IMG/VR virus record: IMGVR_UViG_3300042924_002983
Location: 1 to 62,982 of that record
Origin: a virus
Lineage: Duplodnaviria; Caudoviricetes
Length of the DNA stretch: 62,982 nt
Reading direction: 5' to 3' (one strand)
The notes beneath the pieces were generated by a model. It was not told the DNA's origin, did no database searches, and was given only the letters and a program-made list of their open reading frames with translations. Of the stretch, positions 9,405 to 18,222 are shown one piece after another (within the stretch, counting starts at the first letter, position 1; each line of letters starts with the position of its first letter). The translations under genes and the position numbers were made by a program.

Positions 9405-10285
9405 CAGAATTCTCTTATGTAGTCGCCGGGACGGGTGCGGTATTCGCTTGGCGGCTGCGGTGTCGGGGCGAGTTCTGGGATCAGATTCGATAGCAGGGGG
9501 ATACCGTAGGACGGCGAGATCAGTGCTTGGCTGGTGCCGAACTCACCGACCAATGCTCCGAGAGCGCGCTTGCCTGCACGGGCTGCGTTGACGGCATGGC
9601 CAAGTCCGTTCCAAGGGTCCATCACGGAATCCATCCCAGTACCAAGAATCATTGCGGCGGTCTTCGGGACACCGGCAGCATGGAGAGAATCCGAAGCTGA
9701 TAGCTGGAGATCCGCGGCCTGCTCCTTGGCGACACCGGAGACGACTTCGTCCCAAGCTCCGGGGGCGATGTTTCTTGGTCGTCGCCCCCGCATCTGCCTA
9801 GCTTGTTCCGCAACATCGACAACCGTAGGAGTTCCTTTGGGAACCCAGCCGCGCTCTTCGGCCCCGTACATCATGGCGGTGTTGAGGGCGCTGTCGAACT
9901 GCTTCTTGGCGTTTGGGTAGGGATTGCCTTGGGGATCCACCCAGTTTGCCAGACGTTGACTGCTTGCCACGGCCATCTGGGGAATGGCACTGAACATGGC
10001 CCCCGCGTTGTACAAGGGTGCGCCGGGAGCCAACACTCCTCGCCAATGGTACGGAGACTTCAGCGAATCCAACTCGCCCCGCTCATAGCTACCGATCTCA
10101 GACGCTATCCGCGGATCGATATTGGCTCTGTCTGCTGGTGTGGGGTGCATCGCAGCAAGTCGCTGAAGCAACTTCTCCTGCCGTTGCTTGTCGTCCCACT
10201 CCTTCTGAGAGTCCATTTCGTAGCCAAGTATGCTACGCGCCAGACGGCCGGGAAGGTTGTATTGGGAGTCTAGCGGCTCAGCCAT
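9404..10285 (-). CDS. Hypothetical (probable virion-internal) protein
   Basis: 293-aa ORF, TGATG-coupled to the next gene. Confidence 0.7.
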   Translation of the reverse strand: MAEPLDSQYNLPGRLARSILGYEMDSQKEWDDKQRQEKLLQRLAAMHPTPADRANIDPRIASEIGSYERGELDSLKSPYHWRGVLAPGAPLYNAGAMFSAIPQMAVASSQRLANWVDPQGNPYPNAKKQFDSALNTAMMYGAEERGWVPKGTPTVVDVAEQARQMRGRRPRNIAPGAWDEVVSGVAKEQAADLQLSASDSLHAAGVPKTAAMILGTGMDSVMDPWNGLGHAVNAARAGKRALGALVGEFGTSQALISPSYGIPLLSNLIPELAPTPQPPSEYRTRPGDYIREF

Positions 10286-10300
10286 TCGTATCCTTCAGAG

Positions 10301-10723
10301 TTAGCACTTCCACGCGCGCAGGGACGAACCGCCCCATCTTGGAGTGCATTCGCCGCACGCGCAGCGACCCTCCAAGTACAAGGCGGCAAAACGCAGCAAC
10401 TCAGGGTCATCACGGAAATGCCCTAGTCCAAGGTTGCAGCGGCTGCACAGCGCACCGCGAACCTCGCCTGTTTTGTGGTTGTGGTCGATGGCCAACTGAA
10501 TCGATTGCGTCTCACCGCAGATAATGCACTCCCGTATCTGCCGCGCATCTGCAAACGAAACAACGTCGCTCACACCCGGAGGCATGCGAGTTGCCTTGCG
10601 GTAATCGCTACGGCATTGCTTGCACCAAGAATCCAAGCCGTTCGTCTTGCGAGAGTTCTTGGGGAAGAAGGTTGCGGTAGCTTCTTTTGCCTCTCCGCAC
10701 TTGGTGCAGGTCAGCAGTTCCAC
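10301..10723 (-). CDS. Endonuclease VII-type HNH protein with N-terminal Zn finger
   Basis: CIICG...IDHNHKTGEVRGALCSRCNLGLGHFRDD. Confidence 0.9.
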   Translation of the reverse strand: MELLTCTKCGEAKEATATFFPKNSRKTNGLDSWCKQCRSDYRKATRMPPGVSDVVSFADARQIRECIICGETQSIQLAIDHNHKTGEVRGALCSRCNLGLGHFRDDPELLRFAALYLEGRCACGECTPRWGGSSLRAWKC

Positions 10724-10980
10724 GCACGCCTCGCCTTTCGCAAACGGCTATCTGGATCCGCGGCGGCTTCGGGCCACATCTTCATTTGACCCGCACTCCT
10801 GGCACAGAAGGAATCTCTCCGCGGCCCGCCCTCTGGCTGGGGTGCTTGGAGATTGGCACCGTTAGCGCGGTTGTAACTTGCTCGCCCCTTGGCATTCAGC
10901 CCGCCGTCAGGGTCTTGCCCCTCCTTGCGCGCCCACGCCCCGGCCTTCAGCTGGCGAATCTTGTCACCGTCCTTGTCCAC
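10711..10980 (-). CDS. Small basic phage protein (DUF6321-like)
   Basis: KEGQDPDGGLNAKGRASY...RRDSFCAR; GTG start behind GGAGG. Confidence 0.65.
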   Translation of the reverse strand: MDKDGDKIRQLKAGAWARKEGQDPDGGLNAKGRASYNRANGANLQAPQPEGGPRRDSFCARSAGQMKMWPEAAADPDSRLRKARRAWNC

Positions 10981-11119
10981 TGACCTTCCTCCATTGCTTG
11001 GAATCAGGGTAGTCCTTATCACCAGGCTTCGCCGGTGCTTCGCCACGCTCACGCTTGGCGTGGATATTGGCCCACAGCCCCTTCTTCAACTCCCGAATCT
11101 TGCCGCCTTCTTTGTCCAT
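10964..11119 (-). CDS. Small basic protein (51 aa, GLWANIHAKR motif)
   Basis: Read manually: MDKEGGKIRELKKGLWANIHAKRERGE...; TAATG coupling. Confidence 0.7.
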   Translation of the reverse strand: MDKEGGKIRELKKGLWANIHAKRERGEAPAKPGDKDYPDSKQWRKVSGQGR

Positions 11120-11157
11120 TACTCGTCCCAGTCGTCGTCAAAGAGAAAGTCAAACAT
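11119..11157 (-). CDS. 12-aa acidic micro-ORF MFDFLFDDDWDE
   Basis: TGATG overlap upstream, TAATG overlap downstream, AGGAG upstream. Confidence 0.55.
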   Translation of the reverse strand: MFDFLFDDDWDE

Positions 11158-11708
11158 CAACCAAACGTCTCCTGATCGTTATTGCGCGACCGCAACTGCT
11201 GCGCTTGTAACTGCATCTGGAGCATGCGATCCCTCTCACGCTGCTCAACGGCCAGCCTCCGCAACAGAGCCTCTTGGCGCATGGCCTCCATCTGGGCCTG
11301 ATGCTCCATCCGGCGCTGTTCGCGGGCTTGGGCCACGCGGGAGTCGTTCTCGTCTCGGATGGCACCCGTGACATCACCGATCATGCCCTGCAAGTGCCGA
11401 GCCTGCGCAGAGGCCACCTGTTGCGCCATAGAGGCTGGATTCATCGAAGTGGCTCCTGCGTAGGGCTGCATGTTGAACGGGCGTCTAGCGACCTGCTGGG
11501 GGGCTTCTGGGGCATTTGGCTGCGCGGCGGGTTGTGGTGCAGCTTGGGGCTGGAAGGGATTGCGACCCTGACCCCTGCGGGCGTTGCGAGCAAGGATGAG
11601 CCGCTGAGCCTCGGCGCGGATCTTGGGGTCTGAGCTTTGCAAACGCGCTTTGATGTCGGCATCAAACTCCGCTTCCTCGCCCCACCAGCTAGCATCTGCC
11701 ATTGCCAT
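11157..11708 (-). CDS. Q/A/R-rich hypothetical protein, first gene of the head operon
   Basis: 183 aa, GGAGG Shine-Dalgarno. Confidence 0.7.
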   Translation of the reverse strand: MAMADASWWGEEAEFDADIKARLQSSDPKIRAEAQRLILARNARRGQGRNPFQPQAAPQPAAQPNAPEAPQQVARRPFNMQPYAGATSMNPASMAQQVASAQARHLQGMIGDVTGAIRDENDSRVAQAREQRRMEHQAQMEAMRQEALLRRLAVEQRERDRMLQMQLQAQQLRSRNNDQETFG

Positions 11709-11718
11709 AATCGCCCTC

Positions 11719-11735
11719 CTACTAGGTCAGTGCCC
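11719..11735 (-). promoter_or_regulatory. Late-promoter motif upstream of the 183-aa gene
   Basis: GGGCACTGAC-CTAG-TAG. Confidence 0.55.
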
Positions 11736-12158
11736 CGCGGCGACAGCGGACACGCAGAGGGCTGGAAAACAGGGCTAGAGGGCTGGCGACACGCGGAGGG
11801 ATTCAGCTTTCGGGTTTCGCGAAACGCGGAAAAGGCGACATGTGGGGGCTACGGGGTGCAAAAAATCCAGGGGTGGATATGACTGAATACCGTTACCGAT
11901 CTGGGGGGGAGAGGGGGGTATTCGGCGTGTTGCCTACCCTCCCTCCCTCCCTCTAAACCGTTGACCCGCAAGCACTTAGGTCATTCGTTCCGATTGCAGA
12001 CTGGAAACGGCGGAAGCTTACGTTTTCGTAAGGCGACGTTTTTTCCCGGCGGCCCCTTTGGATGCATCGCCCCCCTATCCAACCGTACACTATCCCTCTC
12101 TTGCAATCCCGTTGCATATCATCCTGGCTATACGCCCGTACAGTACCTGGGCGGTTCA

Positions 12159-12197
12159 ATAAAATAGCCCCCGGGGAAACTAGTCCCCGGGGGCTAT
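12159..12197 (-). terminator. Intrinsic terminator
   Basis: 14-bp perfect stem (atagcccccgggga / tccccgggggctat), T-run on the minus strand, just after the 202-aa gene. Confidence 0.8.
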
Positions 12198-12224
12198 ACG
12201 CTTGCCCACTACTGTACGTCTGGA

Positions 12225-12833
12225 CTATTCGGCCTTGGGGCGCCACGTTATCCGGTTTGCTAGTTCTTCCACAGTCCACGGGGATGGGCTGGGAACCGGG
12301 GCCGGATGGAACGTAGGCCGGACACTATCGGCACCGTAGGCTGTGGCGAGGAGATCGGCCGCGGACTGTTTGCGGGAGAGGCTGGCCAACCTACGGCCGA
12401 TGGGGCCGTTTGGCATGGTCTCCACAGTCTCCCGTGCCATCGTCAAAGCATCCGGCCGGGGGATGGCGGCTTGCAACCTACGCTCACGCATCGCGAGCAT
12501 TTCGGCAGACTGCTGCCGATTTTTGGCCCTACGTTGGCCCGTAAAGCCACGCCATTGAGACCGGCGAGCATATGCCCGTATGGCGTAGTAAGCCCGCATA
12601 TGATCGCCCCGGGCGTAGGGGAGGGAAGTGTAGTCCCGTGCCAGCCAGTGAAGATAAAACTGGCTGGCTGCCTCCTCTGCTGCCTCTTCATCCAAGCCAT
12701 CGTAGCGAGCGGTCCTATATAGCCCCTCTCGCAGGGCCATATGTTGCTCGCCGGTTAGATCGGCGGGGTTGTAGGTCTCACGGGGGAACGCACAAGAGGC
12801 TCCGTTGCCGATTGTCAGTGTGGTGGAACGCAT
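12225..12833 (-). CDS. Hypothetical protein, weakly like sigma region 2
   Basis: GGAGG Shine-Dalgarno and own terminator; AEEAASQFYLHW resembles ECF sigma region 2. Confidence 0.55.
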   Translation of the reverse strand: MRSTTLTIGNGASCAFPRETYNPADLTGEQHMALREGLYRTARYDGLDEEAAEEAASQFYLHWLARDYTSLPYARGDHMRAYYAIRAYARRSQWRGFTGQRRAKNRQQSAEMLAMRERRLQAAIPRPDALTMARETVETMPNGPIGRRLASLSRKQSAADLLATAYGADSVRPTFHPAPVPSPSPWTVEELANRITWRPKAE

Positions 12834-12976
12834 GGGTATCTATCCTCCGTTGGTAACTGCTGGCCAGTATCTGCTGGCCATGGTTGAACTATAACGCTTA
12901 CTATCGGCCGGGGGAAGTGGGTTACCAAAAAAAATCATATCGGCCGGAATATTTTTTTGGGGCTGGGGTCTAATAG

Positions 12977-13433
12977 TAGTTGTGATCGTCAAACGCTCAC
13001 GCGATGCGGAAACGTGTCGCGTGAGCGTGAAACGCACTCCGCGTTTGTTACTCTGGTAACGAATGCGATCAGCGTCTGCCAGGTCTCACACACTGCCCCG
13101 GATTTTGCGGGCAATTGTTACACTGAAAATTCCGTGAAATGTTCGCGGAATTTTCTGTGCGACAAGTCTAATAGTGTGTGTGACGTTTAACGTCGCCCGC
13201 GTGATGGGGAAGCGTGTAGCTTCTGCGCATGCGGGCAGCAAAACCATCCGATACGCGGACGACTCCGCATGCTGTCCTCTGGGCAGCTACCGTGCTTTGC
13301 GCGGTGCCTATTGCAGGCGGATTCGGACAACGCTGGGAGAAGGCATACGAAGCCCGGAGCCGTTTGACTCCCGCCACCAGAAGACCGGCAATAGCTAGTA
13401 CACCAGCCGGGTCCGCGTATCTGATTGTTTTGT
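12977..13433 (+). ncRNA. Putative large structured non-coding RNA / leader
   Basis: Many stems with G-U pairs on the plus strand, GAAA tetraloop, 11-bp long-range helix 13250-13260/13411-13421. Confidence 0.65.
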
Positions 13434-13454
13434 TTCCTTCAATGGAGTTAATCC

Positions 13455-13805
13455 ATGTCAAAGGCCCAGGCTGGTGCTACGGCCATCATGGAGGCTCTGA
13501 GGATTCCTTTGGACAAGTTAAGGCAGGCGGGCAATGTTGCCGTACCTGCTGATGACTTGTGCGAACGGGCCATCCTTGGGTGTCTCAATTCCCGTGATGG
13601 CAGTTGGCGTAAGACTCGCCCGTCGAATGAGGAATCCGAAACGCTTTGGGCGTTGGTGAAGTTTCACCGTTCGGGTGGTTCCTTGTACGGGTGGCCGTGG
13701 TTTGCACCCAAGGATCTGATCGACCCGCTGGATACCCTCGCGGTAGTCCTGCTGGGTGGTCATTCCAATGCGGCAAACGCATGGCAACGTGCGATGCACG
13801 GTTAA
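13455..13805 (+). CDS. Hypothetical protein, first gene of the plus-strand array
   Basis: GGAG Shine-Dalgarno, 116 aa. Confidence 0.75.
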   Translation: MSKAQAGATAIMEALRIPLDKLRQAGNVAVPADDLCERAILGCLNSRDGSWRKTRPSNEESETLWALVKFHRSGGSLYGWPWFAPKDLIDPLDTLAVVLLGGHSNAANAWQRAMHG

Positions 13806-13910
13806 CGGGATTCGATCCCGGGCAGGTGGTGGTGAGGGTGCGATATGACTGCACCCAATAAGGCCAAACAAGCTGCCTGCCCGGGTTCGGTTGCCGTTTC
13901 TGGTAATCGG
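13806..13910 (+). ncRNA. Putative structured intergenic RNA element
   Basis: 14-bp stem 13817-13830/13872-13885 enclosing a GGGTGC/GCACCC hairpin. Confidence 0.5.
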
Positions 13911-13931
13911 TTTCTTTCCATGGAGGTACGT

Positions 13932-14759
13932 ATGGCAATTCGCCGTATACGTACCGCCAAGCCTCTGGGTGTCATTCTGCACCGGGGCGTGTCTCCTTAT
14001 GACGGTTCTCCGTATGTGGTCATCATGCCACTTCGGAATTCCAAGAATAAGAAGACCGGCTCAATGCTTCAGACCTATATTCTTAGGGCTGATATGCATC
14101 CAGTGGTGGCGGTACGCGAAGAACAAGATGGGGCCATCTGTTTCAACTGCCCCATGCGTGGTCTGGTCGGCTTTCCTAAGCGGACACCGGCCAACGCAAA
14201 GCGTAATCCAAAGCGTTGGCGTGCGTGTTATGTCAACGTCGGGCAGGGGCCAGCAATGGTCTACGGTGCCTACATGCGTGGTCGGTACGTTGAATACGAT
14301 CCGATCATGCATGATCAGTACATCCGTGATCGCAAGATCCGGTTCGGTACATACGGGGAGCCGGTGCTGATACCGCTTGCCCTGGTGCAGCATCTGGCCG
14401 GTCTTTCAGACGGCTGGACGGGCTACACCCATGCGTGGAGCAACCTGACCTACGCTCCATACAAGCAGTTCTTCATGGCCAGTGTCCATGGTCTTACGGG
14501 GCCATGGTCACGGGAACATGCGAAGTCTCTTGGCTGGCGTACCTTCCGCACTATGCGGGGAGGTGAGCCTGCTGCTGATGAAGTCTTGTGCCCAGCGTCT
14601 TTGGAGGCTGGCCATCGTCTTAGCTGCCTGACTTGCAGGCTGTGCGACGGTGCCGGTGTCCGCAAGATCGGCTTGGCTATGCGTGATGTGTACATCCCCG
14701 GGCATGGTGGCAAGGCGATTATGACCGCTGTCGCCAACCTGCCCATTCTCCAAGCGTAA
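13932..14759 (+). CDS. GP88-like Cys-rich (Fe-S/radical-SAM-like) phage protein
   Basis: N.KTG, C..CP, CY, RFGTYGEP, WTGYTH.W, C..C.LC motifs; GGAGG before ATG 13932. Confidence 0.65.
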   Translation: MAIRRIRTAKPLGVILHRGVSPYDGSPYVVIMPLRNSKNKKTGSMLQTYILRADMHPVVAVREEQDGAICFNCPMRGLVGFPKRTPANAKRNPKRWRACYVNVGQGPAMVYGAYMRGRYVEYDPIMHDQYIRDRKIRFGTYGEPVLIPLALVQHLAGLSDGWTGYTHAWSNLTYAPYKQFFMASVHGLTGPWSREHAKSLGWRTFRTMRGGEPAADEVLCPASLEAGHRLSCLTCRLCDGAGVRKIGLAMRDVYIPGHGGKAIMTAVANLPILQA

Positions 14760-14768
14760 AGGCGCAGC

Positions 14769-17640
14769 ATGGAAACGATGAATGCGGAGACGATTGGACG
14801 CAAGGCCACAGTGGTCGGCCCAAACCGGCGATCGTTGTCGGACAAGAAACTGCTGTCCGAAATCAAACGGCTGAAGCGTGACTGCGCCAGTTTTGGCGGG
14901 GCCATGCTGCTGGCCGCTTACCAAGCCGATGCCGAGCGGCGTGGCTTAAAGGAGGTATGAGCGTGGAATACACACTGACAGACGCCAGGTTGCGGTCGCT
15001 GAAGGCAGCTGTGACCCGTGCCCAGAACAAGCAGGATTGGCGGGCCGTGATCGCGGCATGCGAGAAGGCAGACCGGACGTTCCGAGAGCAAGGATACCCG
15101 GACTGCTGGTCAGACTTTGAGCGACACAAGGGTGACGCAGAGTTGTCCCTGAAGTTCAACTACCTGCTCATAGATAAGGGGTGCTGGTGACATGGGCAAA
15201 CCAGCCAGATGGACGGCACCCAACGGCAACGTGTGGGAATTCGTACGCACAGAGAAGACCATTGGCGCGGAAGGGTTTACGCCGGGGCATCAAAGGACAA
15301 TGTGGTATCTGGATCGCATCCACAAAGTGACGCGGCCAGACGGCACGGTGTACTACGACTACGAGATGATCGATTGTGGGCAACATCACGGAGACAAGTG
15401 ACCATGTTTATTAAGTATGTGGCCGAGGTGAGGTTTGATGAACTGGGGTGGGTGACTATCCCAGAAGAGTTCGCAACCCGCGAGCAGGCGGATACGCGGG
15501 CCTTTGGCATGGCGTTGACGATGGGCGGGAAGGAAACCCGCGTGATCGAAGTGCCAGACGGCGAGAAGGTGGAGGCGTGACCATGGAATGTGATCAGTGT
15601 GGGTGCGGCGAGCAGGCGTGGAGCGGTGTCTTAGGCGACCTGTTCCATGCCTGCTGCCGTGCATGTGGTTGGGTATACTCTTGTCCACTAGAGGAGGTGA
15701 GTGATGAGTGATGTGCGACTGCCGCTCAATGTGCGGCTCAGTGATCTGAGGACTTTGTTGACATGGAAGGATGGCGATTGCGATCCCGAGATGTATGTGC
15801 GGATCGAATCGGGCCGAGCGTTTCTGTATGCCGTGAAGCGTATGCATGGGCAGAACGGTATCGGCAAGATGGTGTGGAGCCGTGAGATTCCGGTGCTACC
15901 GGGGGAGGATGACTGATGGCTAAGACTGTTGCGGTCCACCTGACCGCTGACGAGATCGATGGTTTGTTCGATGCGTTGGATGACCAAGTTCGCCACTGGG
16001 AGAACTGCGGTGGCAACGATGAGGAGAACGCACGTTATGCCCGCATCATCGCTGGCCTGACTGCGACCGCTCGCAAGTTGGAGAACGCCCGTGACCAGAT
16101 GGAGGACGAGTGATGCCACGCATTGCCGTGTGTCTGAACTATGAGGACAGGGATAACCCTCGCTTCTCAGGTGAGAACGATTACCCGGACTACTGCCGAC
16201 AGTGCTATGCGGACGCAGACGAGGCAGAGATTGCCGCTGAGTACGGCGTATCCGTGGATGCGGTGGACAAGATCGATGACGAACACCCTCAGTATGAGGG
16301 CGAGGACTACACCTGCACCGAGTGTGGCAAGACTCTAACAGCAAAGGATGATTGATGCACAAGATAGCACCAGTGCCCAACCACAATGGGTCACCAGCCG
16401 ATGCGCTGGCCGAGCAGATGATGGAGGTGTGCCATGCCTTGGAGGCAGCGGTCGGTGCCATGTGCCAGTGGCAACCGCATGGCAGGGACTACCAGATTGG
16501 TGGCGACTACCAGGCTGACAGGATTGAGTTCCTGAGACGGGTCGGTTTGTTGGAGGCAATGGCCAAGCAGTACGAACAGGAAGCGATTGCTGTGATGGAA
16601 TACTACAACTGGAAAGAGAGGGTCGGATGAGCAGATACCATGTGAAGGTGGGTGATGCGACGTTCGCCTACGGGTATGACCGTCCGTTGCAGGAATACTT
16701 CTTGCAGAAGCACACGCCGGGGGAGGGTGACTACCCGGACGTTGAGGATCTGGTGGGCAGCTACACCGGCAAGGGCTACGGCACTGCCGGTGAACTGTTG
16801 GAAGCGGTGGCTAAGCATGGCCTGCCGTTGCCGGAAGCGCATATGACTCTGATCAGTTTGGATCTACCCTTTTAAGGAGACAGCTATGAACCGTGACGAT
16901 TGCAAGGTTGGTATGACGGTGTCGTTCGGGCGTGGGCGTGGTGCCCACACCAAGGGCAGGGTGCTGAAGGTCAACGACAAGAAGGCCAAGGTGGAAACGC
17001 TGGAGCAACGCAACAGCAATGCGGCTGGCACCATCTGGAACGTGCCCTACTCCATGCTGACAGCGTGTGAGTTCGTCGCCCCGCAGGCACAGCCCTATCC
17101 CAATGGGCTGACGATCACCGGTGTGAGGTATCTTACAGGCAACGAGTGCCTCAATGAGGGGTGGGACATCGGGCTGTACGACTTCGCGGTCGCACTCACC
17201 CTGTCCGATGGCTCCATGATCTTTGCGTCTGCGGACTATGAGGGTAACGGGCCTGGTGCCCTGTTCGGTCGGATGCGTACCGGCGAGCAGTTCATCCTGT
17301 CCCCAGCACAGAAAGAGGTGGCGGTATGAAGATGAGTAAGAAGTTGGCCGAGGATTTCTGCGATCACGTTTGCGGCGAGGATGCAGAGCTTTACTACGAA
17401 GCCTTCTGTCAGTGGGCGGCGGGGCGCTGCGACCAAGTGGGCACATTCTTCTGGTCCGACTTGGCTATCCAAGTGAGGGACTGCGGCCACAAGCACAGTG
17501 CCCATGCCCTGTATCGGCTGGCGTCCGTGCTGGCGAGCGAACTGAACAGAGAGAAAGACTTCATCGGCAGGATTGGTCGGGCATTCACAGCGTGCGCTGA
17601 GCGGTTCGGCGTGGAAGAGGAAGACATCGTCAGGAGGTAA
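14769..17640 (+). other. Array of 12 small coupled hypothetical genes (starts about 14769, 14957, 15192, 15404, 15583, 15704, 15916, 16113, 16355, 16627, 16886, 17326)
   Basis: Contiguous ORFs with Shine-Dalgarno sequences and stop/start overlaps; several carry CxxC pairs. Confidence 0.8.
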
Positions 17641-17643
17641 GCG

Positions 17644-18222
17644 ATGCGTGTACTGGTAGCGTGTGAGTTCACCGGCACGGTGCGCCGTGCGTTCCGTGAG
17701 CTAGGGCATGATGCATGGAGTTGCGACATCCTGCCTGCCGAGGATGGCGGGCCGCACATACAGGGTGATGTTCGCCAGGTTTTGGGTGACGGGTGGGATC
17801 TGATGGTTGCCCACCCACCATGCACCCACCTTGCGGTCAGTGGTGCCCGCCATTTCCATCGCAAGCAGGTCGAACAGGCCGAGGCGTTGGAGTTTGTGCA
17901 GACGCTGATGGATGCACCCATCCCACGCATAGCACTGGAGAACCCAGTGTCTGTGATCAGCAGTCGGATTCGTAAGCCGGATCAGATCATCCAGCCCTAC
18001 CAATTCGGCCATCCAGAATCCAAGAAGACATGCCTCTGGTTGAAGGGACTCAACCCCCTGCAACCAACGGCTGTGATGCAGATGCGTGGACGGTGGGAGA
18101 ACCAGACTCCCAGTGGACAGAACAAGTTAGGGCCATCACCGGATCGGTGGAAGATTCGGAGCAAGACCTACCCCGGTATTGCCCATGCGATGGCTACCCA
18201 GTGGGGTGTGGAGGATGCGTGA
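17644..18222 (+). CDS. DNA cytosine-C5 methyltransferase-like protein
   Basis: VLVACE..G (motif I-like), HPPC (catalytic PC), ENPV. Confidence 0.75.
   Translation: MRVLVACEFTGTVRRAFRELGHDAWSCDILPAEDGGPHIQGDVRQVLGDGWDLMVAHPPCTHLAVSGARHFHRKQVEQAEALEFVQTLMDAPIPRIALENPVSVISSRIRKPDQIIQPYQFGHPESKKTCLWLKGLNPLQPTAVMQMRGRWENQTPSGQNKLGPSPDRWKIRSKTYPGIAHAMATQWGVEDA

Noticed and set aside
12977-13910. Hammerhead ribozyme or group I/II intron
   Set aside because: No CUGANGA/GAAA core arrangement or intron P7/domain V consensus recognised, and no interrupted gene flanks it
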